From positions 1 through 64,000 of the forward strand of contig JBMFWY010000001.1 in assembly GCA_049964795.1 (NCBI GenBank): a stretch of 64,000 bases of DNA, read 5' to 3'. Below the pieces are notes generated by a model. It had not been told where the DNA came from. It saw nothing but the letters and a program-made list of their open reading frames with translations, and searched no databases. The translations under genes were made by a program, and so were the position numbers. Shown here one piece after another: positions 56,571-64,000 of the stretch (positions are counted from its first letter, which is position 1; each line of letters begins with the position of its first letter). The DNA is from Candidatus Micrarchaeia archaeon (GTDB lineage Archaea; Micrarchaeota; Micrarchaeia; Micrarchaeales; Micrarchaeaceae).

Positions 56571-57410
56571 CTATAAGAAAAGTACAAGTATGGTAAGCAG
56601 GTTTACCAAAGCGTGGCCGAGTATTGTGGCATAGAGCGAGTCGGTCTTTTTGAAAACGTAACCTGCAAGAAGACCAAATATGAATGCAGCCGCAAACTCA
56701 GATATGGAAAGATAACTTATATGGAATAGCGAGAAGATCAGGGCGCTCCATATTATCCCTATTCTCGGCACCAGGAATCCCCTGAAAAGTATTTCTTCAT
56801 CTATAGGCGCTACAAGGACCGAGAAGGCAATAAGATAGAAAGGCATGCCCTGAAGCAGCTGCTGCACGTTTGTTGGGAGAGGTATGTGTGTAATTGTCTG
56901 AAAGGCAGAAAGAGCGAATTCGAGCAAGAGTATCGCAAAGAATAGGAGCAAACCTGCCCCCAAAGCGCGCGTGGTTAAAGCCTGCCTGTCTAATTTAAGG
57001 CTTTTCACCGCTTCCGAAAGGCTCGCTCCTTTGTAGAACAGGTAGGAAAATGCAAGCGAAGGAAAAAGCAGGGACAGTGCTATTGTAGAATCGGCCTCGA
57101 AATAAACTGTTGAGAGCAGACCATGAGCAAACATCCATCCCAAAATAGGAAACATCAGGATAAGCAGAGATGTTGCAGTATAGAAGAACGCCTTTGGAAA
57201 TATATTGCGATTTTCACGTACGGCTTTATTTTTTCTGGATTTGGATGGATATTTTCTTAAAGCAGGGCGCTTTGCACGGAACGAAGGCTGCGACTTTGCT
57301 GTTTTTTTCTGATCGCTTGAGCGTGCTTTCGACTTTGAAGGCAATTCAGGCACCAGATTTCTTCTTGAATTCAGTATAGCCGCATCTTCCGCATGCGTAT
57401 CTGTCTGCAT
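56571..57410 (-). CDS. CPBP (Abi/CAAX) intramembrane glutamic endopeptidase
   Basis: [13 protein letters not shown]...N motifs; start uncertain (ORF open to 57515). Confidence 0.88.
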   Translation of the reverse strand: MQTDTHAEDAAILNSRRNLVPELPSKSKARSSDQKKTAKSQPSFRAKRPALRKYPSKSRKNKAVRENRNIFPKAFFYTATSLLILMFPILGWMFAHGLLSTVYFEADSTIALSLLFPSLAFSYLFYKGASLSEAVKSLKLDRQALTTRALGAGLLLFFAILLLEFALSAFQTITHIPLPTNVQQLLQGMPFYLIAFSVLVAPIDEEILFRGFLVPRIGIIWSALIFSLFHISYLSISEFAAAFIFGLLAGYVFKKTDSLYATILGHALVNLLTILVLFL

Positions 57411-57550
57411 GTTCGCCCATTCTTGCACCGCATTTCGGGCACATTTTTCCGGGTTTGTAAGTCTTAAAACTTTTCTTTTTGCCAGAATTCTTTTTGTCAT
57501 CTGCCATAAAAACACTCATAAGGTTGCAATACTTTAAGCATTAATTGAAA

Positions 57551-57883
57551 TCACTGCTTCTTCTCTTTGTTGCCGCTTGCATCTCCCGCACCTTTTGGTG
57601 CTTCGGAGAGCAGCCCTTGTCTCTTGAGGATATATTTGGGCTCCATGCTTTCCATTGAAGCCTTGTCTTTATAGGCATAAAATATACCTGTACTTCTGCG
57701 CTCGCCGAACAGCTGCTCCACTTTCTCTACAATTGAAGTTTCGGGTTTTTCATTAAGGCGCTTGCACAGCTCCTCCTTCAACGCGGCCTTGGACATCGTA
57801 GCAGAATCGTGCAGAACTTTAAATTTCACTTCGCGCCTTTTTGTCAAAGGATTCTTCACATCGGATAATATTTCTAGTTCCAT
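57551..57883 (-). CDS. rps24e: 30S ribosomal protein eS24
   Basis: NPL.KRREV.F...H...T.S, FG...S.G....Y, EPKYILKR. Confidence 0.93.
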   Translation of the reverse strand: MELEILSDVKNPLTKRREVKFKVLHDSATMSKAALKEELCKRLNEKPETSIVEKVEQLFGERRSTGIFYAYKDKASMESMEPKYILKRQGLLSEAPKGAGDASGNKEKKQ

Positions 57884-57987
57884 TTTACCATGCCTTTTAT
57901 TGATTGAACGCGCTTTATTTTATTATGCTTCATTTTTAAATACTGATAGGTGTATAGGTGCAAGTATATTCTGACCCTGCATAGCAG

Positions 57988-58392
57988 CTACTGCTCGTTT
58001 ATTACGCGCATTATTGCTTTCTTGCCCATAGTCTCCATTACTTCCACAGTTGCTCCTGCAGAAACCGCATTTTTCAGGTCTTCGGGTACTGGAAGCTCAA
58101 AAACTTCGTAGCTTTCCGCATCCATGAGCTGTGCTGAATCTCCTGTCACAGAGACGACTTGCGCACGTTTCTTTGTTATGATAGGTATATCGACGTAGGC
58201 ATCGGAAGGCTTCAGAATTGTCCTCTTCTTACCATCAAACACGCCTATGCCCGTAATCCTCATCTTTGCTGAACCATGCTTGCCGGGGGAGCTTACATCT
58301 ATTTCGACGGCCCTGCACGGCTCGCCATCTATAAGCAAAAACCTGCCAGGCTTTATGTCCTTCATTATTACATGCTCTATTTCATCGCTCAT
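57988..58392 (-). CDS. eif5a: Translation factor aIF-5A
   Basis: SSPGKHGSAK hypusine loop, QLMD.E.YE. Confidence 0.96.
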   Translation of the reverse strand: MSDEIEHVIMKDIKPGRFLLIDGEPCRAVEIDVSSPGKHGSAKMRITGIGVFDGKKRTILKPSDAYVDIPIITKKRAQVVSVTGDSAQLMDAESYEVFELPVPEDLKNAVSAGATVEVMETMGKKAIMRVINEQ

Positions 58393-58478
58393 AAAATCCT
58401 CTGTATAAAATTCAATAGATAGAAGTTTGTAGCAAAAATATATATTTATATAATACAGGAAGTGCATGCCTGCCGCAA

Positions 58479-59075
58479 CTACTTATGTGCTGCCGGCTTT
58501 GAAAATACAAGGCAGTAATGCTGCATTTCAAAGTCAAACGATTTTTCAAGCGACAGGTTGTTGAAATATTTTATATAGTTATCTTCGGAAAGCTTAAGAT
58601 ATTGAGGCGGCCCGAAGGTAGAGTCTCTCTTCCAATCAATTACTATAAGTTTTCCGCCTTCCACAAGTATCCTTTCTACTTCCTTTGCTGCGGCTTCTTT
58701 GTCGGCCATGTCGTGGAAGGAATTCGCCATAAAAACTATATCTACTGAATTGCTGGGTAGATTTGTGTCCTCTCCGGAAACGTTTAAACAAACGAGCCTT
58801 TCGCTTTTTATGGACTCGCTTGCTGCAACGAGGGAGTCATTATTTATATCTATGCAGTATACCCTACTTGCGTAGTTAAGCAGGTACTTTGAGTAAAATC
58901 CCGTACCGCAGCCTATATCTGCTATTGATTCGACGCGGTGGGGTATTAGCGAGGATAGCAATTTGCTTGGATCTTCTCTACCTTCAGCCCCATGCGTTCT
59001 AAAGCCCATGCTGTGAGGGTGTTGCATGTAATTACCAAATCCTTCTCCTTTGCTTATATTGAAATTTTCTGACAT
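58479..59075 (-). CDS. Class I SAM-dependent methyltransferase
   Basis: DIGCGTG, DIVF.ANSFHD, GGKL..IDW......GPP. Confidence 0.88.
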   Translation of the reverse strand: MSENFNISKGEGFGNYMQHPHSMGFRTHGAEGREDPSKLLSSLIPHRVESIADIGCGTGFYSKYLLNYASRVYCIDINNDSLVAASESIKSERLVCLNVSGEDTNLPSNSVDIVFMANSFHDMADKEAAAKEVERILVEGGKLIVIDWKRDSTFGPPQYLKLSEDNYIKYFNNLSLEKSFDFEMQHYCLVFSKPAAHK

Positions 59076-59195
59076 AAACCCACATTGATGCTTTAGTTTT
59101 GATTGGTGCGACCTAGAGCCTTCAAATTAAAGCGCAAACCAGAAGCCAAAGAAGTCTTAATCGATAAAAAGAAAAAGAGTATAAAAAATTAAAAT

Positions 59196-60206
59196 TCAAA
59201 CGCTTTCTATGCCTTTCAGGAAGTCCAGATTTGCGCTGGAAGTGGCTGGAGCATATTTTGCGGTGCCAAATCTTGGCGTTACTCCTGTGACTATAGACAT
59301 TACGCGTATCTCATCCCTCATCTCTGGTACGAGCCTTGCGCCGAAAATTACGTTTGCTTTTTCGTCAAGCCCTTCCGTAACTCCGGAACCGACTTTCGTG
59401 GCCTCGTCTATAGAAAGGGAAAGCCCTCCTGCTACATGCACCATTGCTCCTTTTGCTCCTTCATAGTCTACGTCCAGCATTGGATGAGTTATTGTAGATT
59501 TTATAGCCTTCTCGACCTTTTCATTTCCTGATCCGTAGCCCAGGTTTATTACTGCCGTGCCTGCATCGCGCAAAGTTGATCTTACATCGGCGAAATCAAG
59601 GTTTATCAAGCTTGGCAACATTATTGTGTCTGAAATCCCCTTGACTGCACTCATTGCAACATTGTCTATTAGGTCAAAGGCTTTCTCTATTTGAAGATTA
59701 GGCGCATAGCTCAGAATTCTGTCGTTCTCCAAGACTATTGTGGTATCTGCATTCTTGTAAAGCTGCTGAAGCCCCCAGTCCGCTTTCTGCTTCCTTATCC
59801 TCTCAAGAGAAAAAGGATAAGTGACAAATGCCACGACTAGCGAGCCCTGCTCCCTTGCAATCTGCGCTATTACTGGTGCTGAGCCTGTTCCAGTTCCTCC
59901 GCCCATTCCTGCGCAGAGGAAGATCATGTCATAGCCGCTTATCGCTTCTATTATCTCGTTTCTGCTAGCATCGGCAGCCTTTGCTGCAACCTCTGGAAAT
60001 CCTCCTGCGCCAAGGCCTTTTGTGATTTCCTTGCCTATAAGGATCTTCTTGTCCGCGTTTATCATATTCAGATGCTTTGCGTCGGTGTTGACTGCTATGG
60101 TGGTGGCGCTCTTTATGCCACGGTTATACAGCTTGTTGACCAAGTTGCTTCCTTGGCCGCCTGCTCCTACAACCGCAATCTTCGCAACAAACTCTTCTTC
60201 TGCCAT
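59196..60206 (-). CDS. ftsZ: Cell division protein FtsZ (downstream copy)
   Basis: GAGGQGSN, NTD, GLGAGG.P, GMGGGTGTG, INLDFADV. Confidence 0.95.
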   Translation of the reverse strand: MAEEEFVAKIAVVGAGGQGSNLVNKLYNRGIKSATTIAVNTDAKHLNMINADKKILIGKEITKGLGAGGFPEVAAKAADASRNEIIEAISGYDMIFLCAGMGGGTGTGSAPVIAQIAREQGSLVVAFVTYPFSLERIRKQKADWGLQQLYKNADTTIVLENDRILSYAPNLQIEKAFDLIDNVAMSAVKGISDTIMLPSLINLDFADVRSTLRDAGTAVINLGYGSGNEKVEKAIKSTITHPMLDVDYEGAKGAMVHVAGGLSLSIDEATKVGSGVTEGLDEKANVIFGARLVPEMRDEIRVMSIVTGVTPRFGTAKYAPATSSANLDFLKGIESV

Positions 60207-60217
60207 TGCTCCCACCA

Positions 60218-61264
60218 TCAGATCATTTCAAGGTCGCCGTATGCCTGCTGCTTCTGCTTTGCTTCCATCCTTCCTACTATACTTGAGCCCTTGACCCCAG
60301 TAACTATTGCCACTATCTCAAGCTGGTCTTCGTATCCTGGAATTATCCTGGCGCCCCACTTTATATTTGCCTTTGGATCCATCCTTTCCGTTATTATGTC
60401 TCCCGCCTTTATTGCATCCCCTATTGTAAGCGAAGAGCCGCCTGATATGTGTATCAATGCTCCAGAAGCACCTTCATAATCTACGTCCAGCAGCTTGTTC
60501 TTCAGCACTGCATCTGCTGCAATGTTGACCTTGTCATTGCCCTTTCCAATTCCAACAGATATGAAACCCACATCGCCATTTGCCATTATTGACCTCACAT
60601 CTGCAAAGTCTATGTTTATAAGGCTTGGCTGTGTTATTGTCCATACAAGACCGCCTATTGCCTTTGCAAGCACTTCATCTGCAAGCGCAAAAGCATCGTT
60701 CATTGGGAGATTTGGAACCAGCTTGACAAGCCTGTTGTTGTCAAGTATTATTACGCTGTTGCTGAACTTTCTAAGATTTTGTATTCCTTCTTCTGCCTTT
60801 ACTTTTCTCACGCGCTCAAGGTCAAACGGATAAGTAACCATAGAGATTACAATTGCTCCCTGCTCCCTTGCAATCTGCGCTGCTATTGGAGCCGAGCCTG
60901 TTCCAGTTCCTCCGCCCATTCCTGCGCAAAGAAAAACAAGTTGAGCTCCAGAAAAAACATCTTCAAGTGCCTGCCTGTCCACTTCCGCAGCTTTTTCTCC
61001 TATCTTTGGATCTCCCCCTGCGCCAAGACCCTTGGTTATGGTTTTTCCGATAAGCACTTTCTTTATTCTATCATCTATTATCTTGAAGTGTTGTGCGTCT
61101 GTATTTACAGCAACAAAATCAGTACCTTTTACACCTGCTTTCACAAGTCTGTTCACTATGTTGCATCCAGCACCTCCAAACCCTACCGTTACAATTTTTA
61201 TTTCAGAAGAGCTAAACGGCTCCTCGCTTTTCTGCCCTAAGACGTCGCTGACAAGGTCGCTCAT
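60218..61264 (-). CDS. ftsZ: Cell division protein FtsZ (upstream copy)
   Basis: GGAGCN, NTDAQ, GLGAGGDP, GMGGGTGTG, INIDFADV. Confidence 0.95.
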   Translation of the reverse strand: MSDLVSDVLGQKSEEPFSSSEIKIVTVGFGGAGCNIVNRLVKAGVKGTDFVAVNTDAQHFKIIDDRIKKVLIGKTITKGLGAGGDPKIGEKAAEVDRQALEDVFSGAQLVFLCAGMGGGTGTGSAPIAAQIAREQGAIVISMVTYPFDLERVRKVKAEEGIQNLRKFSNSVIILDNNRLVKLVPNLPMNDAFALADEVLAKAIGGLVWTITQPSLINIDFADVRSIMANGDVGFISVGIGKGNDKVNIAADAVLKNKLLDVDYEGASGALIHISGGSSLTIGDAIKAGDIITERMDPKANIKWGARIIPGYEDQLEIVAIVTGVKGSSIVGRMEAKQKQQAYGDLEMI

Positions 61265-61488
61265 CTAATCGCCTAGAAATGAATACTCTAAGAAACTTTA
61301 AAAAGCTTATGCTGGTAGGCACATATATGGCAGTTTGACAAAAGCTGCCCGAATTGCATTACAAAAAAAGAACTTTAATTTACATAGATATATTTATGTT
61401 TATTGAAGTAAATGCTTTTCCAATCGAATCGCGAAAGAAATGCCAGAAAAAACAGATAATATTATGAAAAGAGAGCTTTCTCCAATAA

Positions 61489-62124
61489 CTATTTCTGCAA
61501 GGAGAAGCTGCCGAGCTTTTTGCCCATGCTGCTAAGTACTACATACTCAGAATAATTCGCGTCTGATGCCGTATAATTTACAAGCCACACATTGCTCAGG
61601 TTCATGTCAAGAGGAGTTGATGCTGGAGAAAGCTTGTTGAAGTATTGTGCAGTAGCATGCGTTTCATTATATCCAAAAAGGCTTGTGTATGACGCTGCTT
61701 CTGCGGATGCGTTGGTTGCAATCGCTATCGCAACAGGGGGAAGGCTTATCAAGTAAGAGGAAACGTTAGAAAAACCATGCACTATGCAGGGTATGGAGCC
61801 GCTTGTATAAGAGTCAAGCACGCTGGACATGGTTAGCGCGGGGTAATCAAACTCCCTTACCATTACTGTAGGGCATGCTCTGGTGCCGTTGTACGTTATG
61901 CTTACTACTATGTTCCAGCTCCCGCTTTCAAGCGAAGAAGGAGTTGCACTTACAATATTTATTGTAGCGTTGGAATTGCTTTGCATCAGGTCGGAGATTA
62001 CGAAAGATTCGGCCTGCTGCTCTGTAACCCCTGAAGGACCATGCTTCACCACTATTAAGAACAGTGCTATTGCAATTATTATTACCAAAATTGCAGCAAG
62101 CAATGTCTTTGCGAACAGGTTCAT
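61489..62124 (-). CDS. Hypothetical secreted / N-anchored glycoprotein
   Basis: N-terminal hydrophobic helix, S/T/N-rich, two Cys. Confidence 0.65.
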   Translation of the reverse strand: MNLFAKTLLAAILVIIIAIALFLIVVKHGPSGVTEQQAESFVISDLMQSNSNATINIVSATPSSLESGSWNIVVSITYNGTRACPTVMVREFDYPALTMSSVLDSYTSGSIPCIVHGFSNVSSYLISLPPVAIAIATNASAEAASYTSLFGYNETHATAQYFNKLSPASTPLDMNLSNVWLVNYTASDANYSEYVVLSSMGKKLGSFSLQK

Positions 62125-62235
62125 GATTTAACCTTGTCGGATTAGTAATTTATATATATCGCATGGTATTATGCTAGTGAAAAATTAAGAATCACAAACC
62201 CAATGAGGCATAAGGTGCTTGCAGAGAAGCAACCT

Positions 62236-63135
62236 TCACTCATTGTTTGAAAGATACAGCAGCACGGCTTTTGCTATGAGCTTTTTGTTCTTTGCTTGTT
62301 CCCAAACAATGCTTTGCGGACCGTCAAGCACATCGGAGGTAATTTCCTCGCCCCTGTGCGCAGGCAGGCAGTGCATCACAAGCGCATCGTTATTGGCGTA
62401 GGATAGGAGCTCTTTGTTCACTTGGTATCCGGAAAAAAGTTTTTTTCTCTCTTCGGCTTCTTGCTCCTGCCCCATGCTTACAAATGTGTCGGTGTATATG
62501 ACATCGGCGCCATCAAGAGCCTCGCTGGGATCTGAATAGACTTCCACTTTTCCATATTCGCGTGCCTTTGTAAAATAGAAGCTGTTTGGGGGATAGCCCT
62601 TTGGGCCCAGCAGCGCGACATCCATGCCCAATTTTGTAGCTGTTATTATTAGGGAGTTTGCAGTATTCGCTGCTATGTCGCCTACAAACACTATCTTTAC
62701 GTTCTTGAGGTTTTTCTTATGGCTGCGCACTGTATATATATCGGTAAGGGCTTGCGTAGGATGCTCGAGATCGGTAAGCGCGTTTATAACTGGTACTGTG
62801 GAGTTGTTTGCTATTTCTATTATGTCGTTGTGGTTGTACAGCCTCGCCGCAATGAAATCACAATAGCTGCTGAGCATGCGCGCAGTGTCAGAGAAACTTT
62901 CTCCCCTCTTGAGATGCGAGGTTTGAGTATCGATATAGATTCCGTAGCCCCCTAACTCTGCAATCGCAGATTCGAAGGAAACTCTTGTGCGCGTCGAGGG
63001 CTTCTCGAACAAAAGCGCCAGCACTGAATGCTCTTTTAAAGTTATTTCCTCCTTTTCCTCTTTTATTGAATCGGCAATCTCAAAAATCTTAGTTATCTGG
63101 TCTTTAGACAAGTCGTCTGAACCCAATATATTCAT
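62236..63135 (-). CDS. argF: Ornithine carbamoyltransferase
   Basis: STRTR.SFE, HPTQAL.D, D.FVSMG, HCLPAHRG.E. Confidence 0.95.
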   Translation of the reverse strand: MNILGSDDLSKDQITKIFEIADSIKEEKEEITLKEHSVLALLFEKPSTRTRVSFESAIAELGGYGIYIDTQTSHLKRGESFSDTARMLSSYCDFIAARLYNHNDIIEIANNSTVPVINALTDLEHPTQALTDIYTVRSHKKNLKNVKIVFVGDIAANTANSLIITATKLGMDVALLGPKGYPPNSFYFTKAREYGKVEVYSDPSEALDGADVIYTDTFVSMGQEQEAEERKKLFSGYQVNKELLSYANNDALVMHCLPAHRGEEITSDVLDGPQSIVWEQAKNKKLIAKAVLLYLSNNE

Positions 63136-63513
63136 TTAACCACCCAGTATAAGCCCTATGCCAAAATTACCCTTTGACTCGTCCTCCTCTATTATCTCTA
63201 TTACCTTCTTCTCCGTCTCAGGGTCTGCCCGCTTGGAGCTTGGCACTTCCTTGTGAAGCTTCTCCTCGGCGCCGTTGAAAAAATCGTCGCTTGCTTTTAG
63301 GTACAGGTAGTATTTTTCTGGATCGAGCCCTATTGCAGATCCAGATTTTATAGTATAGCTTTGCCTGGCAAAAATTATGTTCGCGTATTTGTCTTCGCTT
63401 ATCTGCTTCAACTGCTCGGAACTTAGGCTGGAGTCCGCATAAGGGTCGTACTCAAGAAGCTCCTTCAGCTTTTCATAATCAGATTTGTCGCATACGTATA
63501 CTCTTGCGGACAT
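63136..63513 (-). CDS. Conserved hypothetical acidic protein
   Basis: Abuts rps8e and argF in the same direction; FARQ.Y and C-terminal G.G.I.G. Confidence 0.65.
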   Translation of the reverse strand: MSARVYVCDKSDYEKLKELLEYDPYADSSLSSEQLKQISEDKYANIIFARQSYTIKSGSAIGLDPEKYYLYLKASDDFFNGAEEKLHKEVPSSKRADPETEKKVIEIIEEDESKGNFGIGLILGG

Positions 63514-63514
63514 T

Positions 63515-63913
63515 TCAACCCTCTATAATCTTGGCATTTACCGTGCCTTCCCTGCCCGGCCTATTTATTACTACAGCCTTGCCCAGCTCTGTTTCTATCA
63601 GCGCACCTTTTGTTATTATACCTTGCCTTGAGAAGTTCCTGTTGTCTTTGGATTCGATGACAGATTTTATCTTGACTTTTTTGTAACCTGCCTTTGTGAG
63701 CACGTTTGCAAACGCTACCTTATTGGCCCTTGGAGAGACATTGCCGCCCCTCCTTCTGAAAGATTTTATATCGCTTTCTGCCGAGGTTCGAGTTGCTGAG
63801 AAGTAATTGCCGACTTCGCTTCTTCTTCTATCCCTAAACTTGATCTTTTTCTTCCCATTTCCATTGCTCTTGGACTTTGACTTTCCGCTGAACTGTTTAC
63901 CAAATTGGCTCAT
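63515..63913 (-). CDS. rps8e: 30S ribosomal protein eS8
   Basis: R.RGGN, N.NF.R..IITKGA.I.TELG.A....RPG.EG.VNA. Confidence 0.95.
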   Translation of the reverse strand: MSQFGKQFSGKSKSKSNGNGKKKIKFRDRRRSEVGNYFSATRTSAESDIKSFRRRGGNVSPRANKVAFANVLTKAGYKKVKIKSVIESKDNRNFSRQGIITKGALIETELGKAVVINRPGREGTVNAKIIEG

Positions 63914-64000
63914 TCTATCTCCTCTGATTTTTGCGTTAGGCAAAATATAGGCAACTGCGCTTACAAGTCGCAGCTGCGTCTTGAAATTAAACAGACAAAC

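Overview
This is a gene-dense archaeal chromosome segment, most consistent with a DPANN archaeon of the Micrarchaeota (ARMAN-like) group. That call rests on the divergent, unlinked 16S rRNA gene, the pilin type, the large Cys-containing beta-helix surface protein and the gene content; it is an inference, not a database result. Most of the window is housekeeping: ribosomal proteins (eS26, uL1, uL10, P1/L12, eS24, eS8), RNA polymerase subunits (Rpo11, Rpo7, Spt4), aminoacyl-tRNA enzymes (GlyRS, AlaRS, GluRS, AspRS, GatCAB, two free-standing editing proteins), two tandem FtsZ plus SepF, CarS, Ndk, GlnA, ArgF, two ABC systems, a P3A H+-ATPase and an intron-containing tRNA-Thr(CGU). No CRISPR array, integrase or transposase was seen. 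The strongest unusual signals are: (1) a 523-nt bulge-helix-bulge intron in the 16S rRNA that encodes an apparently nuclease-dead LAGLIDADG protein whose stop codon is split by the 3' splice site and rebuilt only on intron circularisation; (2) compensatory rewiring of near-universal 16S positions (decoding helix h44, central pseudoknot) and a shortened anti-Shine-Dalgarno tail matched by GGTG(A) ribosome-binding sites; (3) a gatCAB-asparaginase-glnA cluster with a bacterial-type, GAD-domain AspRS; (4) a GDGT-ring-synthase-like radical SAM gene together with CarS; and (5) several degenerate or orphan proteins (RpiB-like pseudoenzyme, altered ThrRS editing domain, membrane-anchored PLD-like protein, tandem antitoxin-less DUF4258 genes). 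All family calls come from motif recognition by eye; no searches were run.
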